Positions 14,333 through 27,353 of a stretch of 64,000 bases of DNA are shown here, in pieces (the first letter of the stretch is position 1; each line of letters begins with the position of its first letter). The stretch lies in NCBI GenBank assembly GCA_040357565.1, contig JBDODJ010000046.1; one strand, 5' to 3'. This DNA is from Cercozoa sp. M6MM (lineage: Eukaryota > Protista > Endomyxa: Ascetosporea). Under the pieces are notes generated by a model that was not told the DNA's origin, did no database searches, and saw only the letters and a list, made by a program, of their open reading frames with translations. Both the position numbers and the translations under genes were made by a program.

Positions 14333-14502
14333 ATGTATATATGTATATAAACATACATATGTGTGTACGTGTATGTATGTGTGTTTATGGCAATGCAGGG
14401 CAACCGCAGCAACGCGCAGCGTCAGCAGATCAAGCAGGCCTACCAGCAGACGCAAAACCGCGACCTCGTGCAGGACATCAAGTACACTCTGTTTAGATAT
14501 AG

Positions 14503-14540
<38 letters not shown>

Positions 14541-15652
14541 ACTTAAATTTATATGGTCAAGTACACTGTGTATATGTGTGTGTGGCAGGAAGGAGACGCG
14601 CGGCAACCTGGAGGAGCTACTGGTGGCACTGCTGCACACGCCAGAGGAGTTCGACGCCGTCTCGCTGCGGCAGGCCATGAAGGGCCTCGGCACGAAGCAC
14701 AAGACGGTGTGCGAGGTGCTGCTCACGAAAACGCACGCGCAGATCGAGATGATCAAGCAGGCCTACCAGCGCCTGTTCCAGCGCGACCTCGTGAACGACC
14801 TGGCCTCGGAGTTCCGCAGTCGCATGGAGACGCTGCTGTGCAACATCGCTCGTGGTACCTCCCTGCACTACCCACCTATCTCTCTGTACTACTTACCTGT
14901 ACTACCTAACTACCTAACTACCTACCTACCTATCTACCTGTACTACCGATTTGTACCATCGGTCTGTACAATCGATACAAACGTAATGCTGCACAGGCTC
15001 GCGTGTGCCCGAGAGCACGCCGGTGGACGAGAACGCGTGCAAGGCGGACGCGCGTCGCCTCAAGGCGGCCGGTCTCGACAAGACCTTTGGCACGGACGAG
15101 GAGGTCTTCATTCGCATCCTGTCGGAGCGCTCGATCGCGCAGCTGCGTCAGATCAACCAGGAGTACGGCAAGATCGCCGACTACTCGCTCGTCAAGTCGA
15201 TCAAGAAGGAGTTCCGCGGCGATCTCGAGGACGCGCTGGTCTACCTGGTGCAGGGTGCTGCGGCGCCGCACGAACTCTTTGCCGAGCGTCTGCACGAGGC
15301 CATCGACCGTCTCGGCACCTCGGTACTCTCTCTCCCGTGCTTATATATATATATATATCGATATACAATTCTATAGATATTTATGTACTATATACGCGTG
15401 TGTGTGAATAGGACCGCAAGCTGATCCGTGTCGTTACGGCACGCAGCGAGGTCGACTTGCACCTCGTCGATCAGCGTGTTGGCGAGCTCACGGGCGGTAC
15501 CTCCGCCTTAACCAAGTGTGCTGCCATGTTATTGTGATTCGTATGAGTGTGCTGCTGCTGCAGGACGCACGCTTCGCAAGGTCATCAAGAGCGAGACGAG
15601 CGGCGACTACAAGCGCCTGCTGATGACGATCTTTGCCGGCGAGGAGGCCTAA
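13252..15652 (+). CDS. Annexin with N-terminal fascin-like beta-trefoil domain and Q/P/M-rich linker; 7 introns
   Basis: N-terminal repeats [51 protein letters not shown] (fascin-like). Four annexin repeats: [41 protein letters not shown]; ends [12 protein letters not shown]. Confidence 0.92.
13798..14110 (+). repeat. Coding low-complexity tandem repeat (QQPMQMQ / QQPMQQQY) in the annexin linker
   Basis: Repeated cagcagcccatgcagatg / cagcagcagtaccag units in frame with the annexin. Confidence 0.9.
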
Positions 15653-15792
15653 ACTGGCCCATCCGTCACTGTATAGCGTAAAACCGCGTTCGCGTTGTTT
15701 GGCGGCCGCGTAACTACCGTGTGTTATGTTCTGTTATGTTCAAACTTGTTCAACGCAAGTTGTGTTGGTTAAACTTAACTTGTGTTGAGTTA

Positions 15793-15974
15793 GTTAGTTA
15801 GTTGAGTCTTCTAGGAAACCAACTATGTAGTTCCCCTGCACCAGTCTGGGGTGGGTCACAAGATCATGGCCGTGTCTACCGCCCGCTTAGGGTAGGACCA
15901 TACAACTCCCCTTTTGACGTACCCCAGACACCGAAGTCGACTTCATGGTTGGTGCAGGTAGCGGGCTACAAGTA
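15793..15974 (-). mobile_element. Short retroposon-like element (SINE or 5'-truncated LINE tail), copy 1
   Basis: About 110 bp near-identical to 54731-54843. Flanked by 16-bp direct repeats AACTTG[T/C]GTTGAGTTA (15777-15792, 15975-15990). Ends in an (AACT)n tail on the minus strand. Confidence 0.75.
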
Positions 15975-16157
15975 AACTTGCGTTGAGTTAATCTGTCGAC
16001 CAACGCAACATGATGTTCAGTTCAGCTTGATGCAAGGTTGTATAACCGTGCACGGTCCGTCCCGTCCATCAGGTACTAGTAAGGTACAATTTGCAAGACG
16101 TGATAGTCGAGTTAAATTAGGGTGCCGTCCGGAATACTCAGACGACCCTTGGTCGGG

Positions 16158-16506
16158 TTAGGACAAGGAAACGCCGGCACGCGCGGCCTCGAACTTCCAG
16201 TACTTGGCGCGCAGCGGATCCAAACGCACCAGCTCGTCTACACAGAGAGAGGAAAGCACACACACGCACATACACATGCACAAATTCTCTTCCTTCGAGA
16301 AATTGAATCAATCAAACGCTACTGTAGATTTCGGTTCTTTCGGCGAGAGTGGAGCTGTCCTCCTGTGCCAATATGCATACACATTTAACAGCAACACACA
16401 GCAATGGACAGACAATAGGAAGACGATAATAAATGTATGTATGTATGTATGTATGTATGTATGTATGTATGTATGTATGNNNNNNNNNNGTATGTATGTA
16501 TGTATG

Positions 16507-16537
<31 letters not shown>

Positions 16538-17778
16538 GTGTATGGATACAGCAAGCAAGTCGAGACGCAGCGACAAGGCGAAGGGCACGGCAGGCTGCGA
16601 CACGGCCAGTTGCGAGACTTGCGCGCGGATGCCGTCGTGCAGCGACAGCAGACCGGACAGGTAGCTCCTACACAGAGTACACACACACATACACACGGTA
16701 TATCTACTTGATATATAGTATGTCTAAAAGATGGTGCACCAAGGCGACTCATTGTTGGCGAGCAGGTCGACCTTCTCGGCAACGAAAGCGAGCTCGGCTT
16801 GGACGATCTCGTCGGCGGCGGCGGCATCCAGCGAGAGCAGGCGACGCAAGGCAAAGAAACGCTCGTTCCACGCAGAGTTGTTGCGCACGTCCTTGCGAAG
16901 CAACGAGGCGCAGAAGGACAGTTCGTTGCGCAGGTGCTCGGCTTCTGTACCTGTGGGAAGGACACAAGGTAAAGTGTGGGGGTGGGGGCAAGTGGGGGTG
17001 GGGGCAAGACTGTAGGTACACTTGGCAAGCGCCCACTGACGATGACTCCAGGCGTGATAGTTCTTCGAGTCGCCCTGCAGCAAGGCTGCCGTGTGCGCCA
17101 TCTCTCGTCGCATATCAATGGCTACACCAACAAGTCGGACAGTAGATGTACATATATGTGTATATATATATATATATAGACACAGGGTGGTACCTCCGCT
17201 CAGTTCGAGAATACGCTGCCGGTGGAACCAGATCTGGTAGTTCTTGGGCATATTGCTGGCCGCCGTCTCGGTGAACTCGATCTCGCGCGACCAGAACAAC
17301 GTGCGAGCCATCTCCCTGTGTTGTTCTACTTGTACATACATACAGATACCTCCGTATTTTATTGTATATGTAGATATGCAGATATGTAGATGTGTACATG
17401 TAGATGTGTAGATATGTAGATATGTAGAGATGTAGATACATAGATAGAGATACCAGAGGGCTGCTCCTGCATCAGTGTCTCCAGCAGCGCACATAACACC
17501 TGCCGACGGTAGTGCCAGGCTGTGTAGCACGTCGGATTCGCCTCCAACTGTACCAACACACACACACACACACACATACACACATACATCCCTCCCCGAG
17601 TACACACACACACATACACAGACAGAGAGACACACAGAGACAGAGTACCGTGGCCGCAGTGACGAGCAGTGCGCGCTGCGTCAATTCCTGCCGACGCAGG
17701 ATGGCGCGAAAGTAAGACATTGCCTCGCGGAACTCTCTCGAGTACATTATGCGACACACCTGTCCAAGCAACGACTCG

Positions 17779-17830
<52 letters not shown>

Positions 17831-17928
17831 GCAAACACGCGCTCGTCTACCTGCACATCGCCAGGCACTGTATCATCAAGCGGCACAGGCGTCAAGTCCT
17901 CACACATCTTTAGCAGCTCCTCGTTCAT
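16158..17928 (-). CDS. FNTA: Protein farnesyltransferase/geranylgeranyltransferase-I alpha subunit; 8 introns
   Basis: PFTA repeats: NPTCYTAWHYRR, PKNYQIWFHRQ, DSKNYHAWSHRQW, DVRNNSAWNER, NNESPWSYLSG; C-terminal DPLRAKYW. Confidence 0.93.
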
Positions 17929-18421
17929 CTTTAGCAGTCCCTCGCCTTTTGTTACACTAGCACACAATCACGCCCACTGCTGTTGCTAATTGCCGATTCT
18001 GCACTCAGTGACTTCCATGGAATCACTACATCAGGTCTGATCCGATAGCTGGAAAAATATTTTTTCTGGGACCCTCTGGAAGAAACCGCCGTGTCAGCTG
18101 CTGTAGCACCGCAACATAGCTAGCCGGTGTGCTACGAGGTGCTTTCAGCCGGCACTGGCCAGGTCAAAATCGAAAAATATTCGGCAGTCGCGGATTATTG
18201 TGACCTGCTTGCTTGACCCGTTATCGGCGTTTCGCGTTTCCTCTCAATCGAGACGAAAATAACGAGACGAAAGACCCCCTTCTCTTCCTTCTGCTGCGCT
18301 ACAGAGACAATACGTGCTTCGCTCGCAGCTGCACACGGCCCAAGCTCCGTCGGACGTCGACAGGACCGCGACGCGTTTGAGCAAAGTGCTTTCTCAGTTT
18401 CACTCTTGTGACGAGCCAAAG

Positions 18422-20890
18422 ATGGCAGATGGCTTTGAGTTTGGGTTTGGTGACCCGAAGTACTCGGATCGAACGATTGAGCTTCAAGCTGTTGTGACGG
18501 AAGAACATGCGAATCGTCTCATCTCACAAAACGTACGCTTTAAACATTTCTTTCCTTTTACTTCGTTTGTTTTGCTTACTCTTTGAGTTACCCTTGCTTC
18601 ATTGACATCGTTGAGTTCGTTGTTTCTTTTGCTTACTTTTCTTCGTTGCTTTATTTGCAACTCTTGCTTCCATTTTGTTTCATTTTCTGTTCGTTTTTTG
18701 CTTTACGTTTGTATGATGTGTAGAATCCGTCCGCGGACACTGCGCTCGATGCTGAGATGGCCATGGACGTGGGTCTCGACGAAGACGAAGATGAAATGCC
18801 ATTAGCGTATTGTGTTCCTCTTCCGCTGCTGTTTTGTAACAAGTATTTGCATGGACACTGAGTGGGTGAACACTGCGCAGCTCATCTCCTGCCATGGCGT
18901 CGTTCCCGATCAAGATCACAATGACGGCCAAGGACGGGCAGTGCACTGGACCGGGCGGAGTCACCGTAAGTGCCGGACACGTTGTGGTGTCTCAGCGAAT
19001 TCCCGTGAACTCACTCGTGCTGGCACGTGCCTCGAAGTACTTTCGCAAGATGTTTAGCGGCAACTTCAGTGAGTCGTCAGAGCGATGCATTTTCATTCCT
19101 CTCCCAGTACTCTTTCCTTACCGCTGGTCTGTGTTGTCTAGTGTGTTGTCTAGTGTGTTGTCTAGTGCGTTGTCTAGTGTGTTGTCTAGTGCGTTGTCTA
19201 GTGTGTTGTCTAGTGTGTTGTCTTATGCACTGTGTTAGTAAGCGTTGTTTCTGTTCTTTCGGTAGGCACGACAGTGGGCGACTTTCACCGACATTCTCAG
19301 ATTAATCTACTCGCAGAGTGCGTCGGCGGTGCGAAGCAGCGGTCGCGGCGGTCTCGACACGGACCGCATCATTGAGCTGCTTATGATGTGCGATCAGTTC
19401 GACGTGGCCGGCGTGGAGCGCTTCCTGTACGAGCAGCTGACACGGCGCAACCTCACGTTCCGACAGCTGGCACGAGTCGTGCGCTTCCCGGGCGCCATGC
19501 GCATGCAGTTCTACGAGAGCTGTCTCAGCAACGTGAAGCGCTTCCTGTTCTTCGCGATGCGCGACCGGCGGCGCTTGCCGACCGCCTTCTTCCGCGACAT
19601 GACCGTGCTGGCGGACCGACTGGTGGAGACGCTGTCGCTGCCCGAGCTGGGACAGCACCTGTACGACCTCACGATGGCCGGCAACTGTCCGCTGCTGCTA
19701 CGACTGTGGGAGGCGTGCTACGAGAAGTGGGGCCTCGCCGAGCCGGTAAAGTACGAGCGACTGGTGATGGAGATCCTGCTGCGCACGAGCTCGCTGCTGA
19801 AGCTGTGCGAGGCCATGTCGCTCGGCGAGATGCCCGACGATGAGGACGAGGAGCCCGAGATTCTGCCGGAACAGATGCTGCCGCGCATCAATCGCGCGCT
19901 GGCCGCCATCGCGTCGATTCGCTACGCGGCGCGTGTGCCCAAGGTCGCCCGTCTCTTGGTCGGCAAGCAGGTGTGTCTCTGTCCTGGTACCTGGATGTGT
20001 GGTATGCTTGTGACACACGTTGGTGTGGGTTGGGCAGTCGCACGACAAGCTGCTGATGTGCATTCTGCGACATGCAATGAACCGCTGGTCGGACTGGCTG
20101 CCAATGACGGCGGCGCGCGAGCGGCCGGCATCGTCAGCCGCGTCAGTGCCGATCCCGGTGGACGACGACGACGAGAGCGGGCAGGCGAGACGCGAGGCGG
20201 CCACGTCGACGCCGGCGGCCAATGCCGAGAGCTTGGCGCCGCCGCGCGCGCAGGAGGAGGCAGGCGACAGCGGTGGCAGCGAGGAGTCGGAGCTCCTGCA
20301 GCCGGGCTCGCTGCACGAGGAGCGCTACCTGCTGCGACGCTTTACGATAGACACGCTGCATGAGATCTCGCAGGCCGCGTCCTCCAAGGGCTGGAAGCGC
20401 TTCGTGAAACTCGGCATTCTCACGTGCATCGAGCAGCTACTTATGGAGGACTGGGAGCGCGCCGAGCCCGGCATTAGTGCACGGGTACCTGTCTCTCTCG
20501 CATCACGTGTATGTGTCTGTGTGTGTGTGTCTGTGGCTGTGTCTGTGTGTCTGTATGCTGTGTATGTGTGTTGGTGTGGACAGCGTCGCAAGGAGATCTC
20601 GGACGAGCACGAGGAGCCGGACCAGCTGGACGACGTGATGGAGTCGGGCCTGCACCAGCGCACGTACGACCTGGAGGCGTGGACCGAGTCGCCGCCTGAG
20701 AACACGGAGTCGTCGATGGCAGGCGTCCTTGACGACGAGACCGACGACGGCACGCGGCCGCCTGCGCGCAAGCGGCGTCGCCGCGACAATGGCGAGTCCG
20801 GGTATCTCTAATCTTTCTGTCTCTGTATCACTGTATATTCCAATCTGTCCGTCTGACTATATATCTATCTATCCTATCTATCTATCTATC

Positions 20891-20925
<35 letters not shown>

Positions 20926-21677
20926 CCTACCTATATACATATTGTGTGTGTGCAGACTGTCGGCGTCGGCGTCGATGAGTTCGGCGCGACAGGTGGCAGC
21001 GACGGCGGCGGCGGCTTTCCCGGTGGCGGCAGCGGCCACGTGCGGCAACAGCAGCGGCGGCGACGAGAGCGACGCGCGTCGCGACGAGGGCGCCACGCAG
21101 CAGAGCGGCGCAGGCGGCTTGGACCTGGCCATGACGGACGACGACGACTCGGACCCGCAGCACGGCGGACTCGGCGCGGCCGTCGACGGACTGGTAGACG
21201 TGTCGGACCCGCTGATGACGCGGTTCGGCCTGCGGCGCTCGGAAGCGCCGCGCTCGCACTGGGTGTTTGAGCAGAACGCGGTGTGTCTGCAGATGCTCGA
21301 GATCGTGCTGACAGGTGCCAACATGTGCGACTACGTCGACGAGTTCCTCAAGCAGAAGCGCTTCTTTGTCGACATTGTGGCCTGGTGGCTGCGCCGACTG
21401 ACGCAGCCGGCGCCTTCGGACCGTCAGTCGTACCATCAACACCATCAGCAACAGCGTCTGCAGCAGCACGCGATGCAGCAGCACGCGATGCAGTCGCAGT
21501 CGCACTCGCAGTCGCTGCCGTCGCGCACAACGAGTTCGCTGCTGTCGCCGCTGTCGGGACCGCCGTCGCCGTCGTCTGTGTCGAGTGGCAGCACGCTGCC
21601 ACCCAACCTGGTGTTCAAGTACCCGGACTCGCCCGTTGCCGTGCGCTTTGCGCAGGTGCTCTCTTTCTCTCCCCTCT

Positions 21678-21729
<52 letters not shown>

Positions 21730-22261
21730 ACGTGTGATGTGCAGTGCCTGCTGGGCATTGCGTTCCGCATCAGCATGAAAGTGGAAGAGTGGAGTCCCGA
21801 CATTTACGAAGTGCGCGGCGCCTTCCTCGGCAGCGAGCAGCAGGTGTGCGAACTTAAAGTGTTATTGATTGTATCTCTGTGTCTGTGTATCTGTGTGTCT
21901 GTGTGTCTGTGTGTCTGTGTGTCTGTGTGTCTGTGTNNNNNNNNNNTCTGTGTGTCTGTGTGTCTGTGTGTCTGTGTGTCTGTGTGTCTGTGTGTCTGTG
22001 TGTATGTGTGTATGTGTACTCTGCCTACAGGTGCCGGCACCACTGCGCGCAGTGGCCGAGATCTTTTACCGACCAGTACTGGGTCTCAAGGTGATTCGCT
22101 GCAGCGGTCCGAACTGCCGCCGCACCGAGAAGGTGATCGGGCAGGTGGAACGCTTCAAGACCTGCAGCAACTGCTTTGTCGAACGCTACTGTAGCCGCGA
22201 GTGCCAGGTCGCGCACTGGAATGCCGGGCACCGGGACGAATGTGGCAAGCTTACCGAGTAG
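18422..22261 (+). CDS. BTB/POZ domain protein with C-terminal MYND zinc finger
   Basis: YSDRTI..IPVNSLVLARASKYFRKMFSGNFSES..LLMMCDQFDV (BTB). Last exon CSGPNC..CSNCFVERYCSRECQVAHWNAGHRDEC (MYND). Confidence 0.85.
19130..19223. repeat. Intronic 12-bp minisatellite (GTG[T/C]GTTGTCTA) about 8 copies
   Basis: Directly visible tandem array in a BTB-MYND intron. Confidence 0.9.
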
Positions 22262-22557
22262 TCTCTGTGTGTCCATCGAGCTCTCTTTGGATTCACACGC
22301 CGATTTCGTTGCCGTGCGTAAGCCTCCATGAGCTGCGTCTTCTTTCTGCGGCCAAATAAATGTACCTAAACAGTACTTAGCTTTCGTAAGCACATACGTG
22401 TGCGGGATTCGATCGGCTCGCGACGCATGCGCACGCGATTGATTGCGTTGATTTTTCAACCGTTGATTTCAGCGTAGCTTAAAGTGAGCCGAGTCGCATA
22501 AGTAGTGTAGTTAGAACTGAATATGCGCAATAGGACAGGACAGCGCAGACGAGCAGA

Positions 22558-23628
22558 CTAGGCGGCGTTCTTGTCAGCGGCGGCCTGGTCGGACGCAGTG
22601 AGCTGCTCGGTGATGACAAAGTCGCCGAGAGCACTGTCGCGCGGCTTGAGCGCGAGTTGTCGCTCGTTGGCGAGGTGCAGCACCGAGATGAAGCACAGCG
22701 GCACCGAGACGTGTCGCAGCTGCCGCTGTTGCAGCGTGTTGTCCAGCGAGGACAGCACGGCCTGGAAGCTGCCCATGTGACGCTCGTCCAACACGCCCTG
22801 TGCCTGCTCCTGCTTCTTGTCGTCGCTGGCCTGCTGCACGCGCAGCAGTTGCAAGTAGTCGCCTGTGTATGTCACATTAAGCAGAAGGGCGTAAAAAGGG
22901 GAAGGGGAAGAGGGGGGTAGTGAGAGTGTGTACGCAAGGCAGGCTCCTTCTCGGCGCGCAGAGCGTTAACGCGACGGATCTCGTCGCTCATGTTGACATC
23001 GTCGTCGTCGAGGTCCCTAGCACAAGGAAGAACACACGGGTACACTGGGGAAGGAGAGGTATGAAGGGTAGGTCAGGGTACTCATTGACGGGCAGCGGCG
23101 AGTCGCGTCGCTTGGCCATGAGGCGCCAGCAGCCGCGCTTTAGTGCGCGCATGTTGATACGCTTGGCACTCAGCGCGTATTGGATCGGCACCTGTTCCCA
23201 TGTGTATGTGTATGTGTATATGTGCATCTAAATGTACATATATTTGTATATATGTACCTATATATATATAAATGTTTAGAAGGACAGGGAAAAGACACAC
23301 CAGACGAGCGCGGCGAGGTGCCGCGATGAGCGCCAGTGGCCGCGCGTCGCCCTGCAGAGCGCCCATCTGCGACGACAGCTGCATCATCTGCAAAACACAC
23401 ACACACATACATATACATATACATGTATACAGTATAGTGTATACAGTATATATATATATATAGTATAGTATAGTATGTATAACATAGTATATATACATAG
23501 TATAGTATAGTATAGTATATCGTACATATAGCATAGTAGAGTACATAGTATGGATAGCATACAGTATGTATAGCATAGCATAGTTTGTATAACATAGTAT
23601 AGTATAGAGTATAGTACAGGATATAGTG

Positions 23629-23682
<54 letters not shown>

Positions 23683-24259
23683 TACATCGACTTGCGAGCC
23701 GATCGATTCGAACTGCGGCACAGAGAAGGGTGGTTGATGCTGCTGTTGCTGTTGCTGTTGCTGCGAGTCGTCCATGTCGATCTCGGGCATGTCGGGCGCC
23801 TCCTCATCGGCCAGCTGGTTGTAGTCGTCAAAGGCCGGCAGACTGCCGCCGTTGTCGTAGAAACCGTCGGCGTCGTCGTTGTCGGCATCGGTGCCTGCGC
23901 GCTGCGAGGCCACGATCACTGCCTCGGCCAGTCTCTACAGACATACCACAGTCAGTCATTCTCAGACGCATATATATATATGCAGAAATAGATAGGTAGT
24001 TAGGTAGATAGATAGCTAGATAGATAGATAGCTAGATAGATAGATAGCTAGATAGATAGATAGCTAGATAGATAGATAGCTAGATAGATAGCTAGATAGA
24101 TAGATAGGTAGATAGACAGAGAGATAGATAAGTGAGAGCACCTTCAGCACATCGATCTCCGCTTCGTCGGGATCGACAAAGGTGAAACCCATCGCCGCGA
24201 ACGTGTCATAGCTCACGCCGCTGTCGGTGCCTTGCTGGTGATACTCTTTGTCCTGCACA

Positions 24260-24297
<38 letters not shown>

Positions 24298-25862
24298 GCG
24301 ACTCCACTCAACTCCAACTCAACTCAGCTCCAGTCAGCTTCTTGTTCCGTTTGGAGAAGAATACGGGGAAAATACCCAATCGAGGAGAGTCGAATCGGAA
24401 AGTCGCGTGCGCTGCCTGGCCGGCTTGAGCACCGACTCTGGCTTCACTGGACGCGAGAAGTCGAACTCATCGTTGTTTCGGCGCTTCTGTACCGCTCAAA
24501 CGGTTAAAGCCGTCCAAAACACCAATCACGAACAAGGTGGTTTGCAAACAAGGTGGTTTGCAAAAATTAGTGCGACTGGAAGCGAAAGGCGCAGAAAAAG
24601 CCAAGTTGTTTGCAAAAACGAGATTTTTTGATCGAAATTGATCGATCAGAGTGGATCAAAAAAAAATAAAAATAAAAAATAAAGCAAGGGGGGGGGGTAC
24701 CTTGCGAGCAGCAGCGGCAGCAGTGCGATCGGCGCGGCGTGGCACGGGTCGCGCAAAGTGCCAGTGACGCGGCATGACGACTTGATTGAAATTTACCAGT
24801 TCGTGCGGATCGCAAGCCGCCAGTTCCTGCAGGATTTATACCCCCCTCTTTACCCCCCTCCCAGTTAATCCTATACCCCCATTAGCAGTTACCTCGTTGA
24901 GGGACTCGATGGAGAGACGCGAGGCGGCCATCCGGAGGGAGGCGGCGAGTGCCCTGTCAGTGTGCATGTGCTCAGTGTGCACATGCTCAGTGCGCACGTG
25001 CTCGACGTCAGTGTCACTGTCAGTGTCACTGTGCTCATTGATCGGCAGGTCACCGTCAGGCAGAGTGATCGGGTCAGCCTCCTCCCAGTTGGCATGTGGC
25101 ATGTCGTCCAGTGTGTTCATGTCCGACATGTCGATCTCGGGCATCTCCATCTCCGGCATCTCGTACTGCGCTGCCGCTCCTGCAGGGGGGGGGGGGGGGG
25201 GGGGGNNNNNNNNNNNNNNNNNNNNNNNNNNNNNNNNNNNNNNNNNNNNNNNNNNNNNNNNNNNNNNNNNNNNNNNNNNNNNNNNNNNNNNNNNNNNNNN
25301 NNNNNACCCTCCAAGTCGATAGGATCGCGGTTGTCGCCAACGATCATCGCTTCGATTCCGACGCGGTCCATGTCGAGTTCGTCCATGTCCAGTGCTGTAC
25401 CCAGGGGGGTAAAGGGGAGTGTGTGGGTAAGGAGGGAGGCTACATGCAGGCAGCCTGTGCACATGCCTCGAGGCACAGCGTCGCACCAGTGCCTCCATGT
25501 GGTCCAATGGCACACACAGCGAGCGCACCTCGTTCCGCTCTGGGGGTATAGGGTATGGGGGCATAGGGTGGGGAGTATGGGGGTAGGTAGGGGTATAGAG
25601 GGTAGGTAGGGGTATTAAGGGTAGGTAGGGGTATAGAGGGTAGGTAGGGGTATAGAGGGTAGGGTAGGGGGTAGGGGCAGGGGTAGGGGCAGGGGTAGGG
25701 GCAGGGGTAGGTAGGGGGGTAAACAGGGGGGTACGAAGTGGCGGCTCGTGTGGCCACACGCCGGCCGAGCGGCACGACAGAACGGCGACGCGAGCGACGT
25801 CGCGACGGCACGGCAGCCACGCCTCCTCCGCCTCCGCCTCCTCACAACGTGCCAACTCGCCT
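22558..25862 (-). CDS. NCAPH: Condensin kleisin subunit (CAP-H/Barren/Cnd2), divergent; 5' part lost in assembly gap
   Basis: C-terminal motifs IQYALSAKRINMRALKRGCW and VSVPLCFISVLHLANERQLAL, plus central PRHWHF. Upstream exons run into the N-gap at 25864. Confidence 0.85.
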
Positions 25863-25863
25863 G

Positions 25864-25963
25864 NNNNNNNNNNNNNNNNNNNNNNNNNNNNNNNNNNNNN
25901 NNNNNNNNNNNNNNNNNNNNNNNNNNNNNNNNNNNNNNNNNNNNNNNNNNNNNNNNNNNNNNN
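25864..25963. other. 100-N scaffold gap separating two 5'-truncated divergent genes
   Basis: Condensin H (minus) and SulP (plus) both lack their N-termini at this gap. Confidence 0.9.
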
Positions 25964-26001
25964 GAGGGATAGGGGCAAGTGTAATCTGTCTGTTTCTGCA
26001 G

Positions 26002-27304
26002 TGGCCTCAAGTCGACGATGTTTCTCGGTTTTCTAACGGCTGCTATCGGCGGTCGTCCCGTACTCTCTCTGTACCGAGGGGGCAGGGGTATGGGGTAAAA
26101 AGAGGGGGTAAAGAGAGGGGTGTAACCTAGGCCATGATCTCGGGCGCCGCCGGTGCCATGGCCGTGGTGGCCAAGGACATCATGGCCTCGGACGGCAAGC
26201 TGGACGACCTGTCCGAGGGCGACCGTTTCGATGTGCTCATGTGGACTATGTTCCTCTGCGGCGTCGTGCAGGTACTTTATTCTCCTCCCTCTACCCCTCC
26301 CCATTTATTCCTCCCTTTACCCCCTTTACCCCCTCTTTACCCCCCTGTTCCCCCTTCTTTATCCCCGATTTACCTCCCCCCAGATGCTGTTCGGCGTGTT
26401 CCGCGTGGCCAAGTTCGTCAAGCTGATTCCGGAGACGGCCATGCTCGGCTTCATGAACGGACTGGCCATTGTGATCTTTATGGCGCAGCTTACGGCCTTT
26501 CAGGCCTGTCGCATCCCGGGTGTGTTTACCCCCCCCCCGTTACCCTCTCTCCTCCTGTTTACCCCGTACCTTCGACCCCCTCCCGTGCAGAAGCCAAGGT
26601 ATTCAACGACTGCGAGGTCAAGGAACGCGAGTGGTTAAAGGTGCGTTGGTACAAGTGTATCGACTACCTGAATTGACTGTATGTTGACTGTGTACCGTCC
26701 AGTTGGACGAGACGGAGACCTGGCTGACACTGGTGCTGGTGTTCCTCACCATGGCCGTCATGGTGCTGTGGCCCAAGGTCCCGAAGATCGGCGGATGGCT
26801 GCCGGCCTCCTTCGTCGCACTGGTGGGCTTTACCCTCCTTATCCCCCTGACCCCGCCCCTACCCTACCTCGACTCCTACCCCTTTACTCTCCTCTACTTG
26901 TACCCCCTAGGCACTGGCGACCTTCGTGGAGCACGTCATCTACCGCATCGGCTTCGATCGCGAGTATGAAACTTGACCCCTCCCCCTGTCATCGCACCCT
27001 TAATTGTGTGTGTCATATTGAGACAGAACACGGACGGTTAAAGATACGGCGCCGTTGAATGGTTTTAACCTTCACACCCATGCCCCTTTACCCCATACTC
27101 CTACCCCTTACCCCTTTACCTCCCTTACCCTATATCCCTTTATCCCTTCCCCTAACACAGAGTCGTTCAGTACGCCGACTTTTCCGCCAGCCGACATGCT
27201 GTGGAAGGACGGCACAGCACTTGGCATGTCGCTACAGGTAGGGCAGTCTATTTGTATTGGTCCGTTTCTACCGGTCCATTTGTACTGTGTGTGTATGTGT
27301 GTGT

Positions 27305-27353
<49 letters not shown>

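Noticed and set aside
13333-14412. Long antisense and alternative-frame ORFs (here and over other GC-rich exons or microsatellites, e.g. poly-CV/HT/YI ORFs)
   Set aside because: They are shadows of GC3-biased coding sequence and simple repeats with no independent coding signal.
16480-16489. 10-N gaps within microsatellites (also 21937, 29497, 39419)
   Set aside because: Assembly artefacts of unresolved repeat length.
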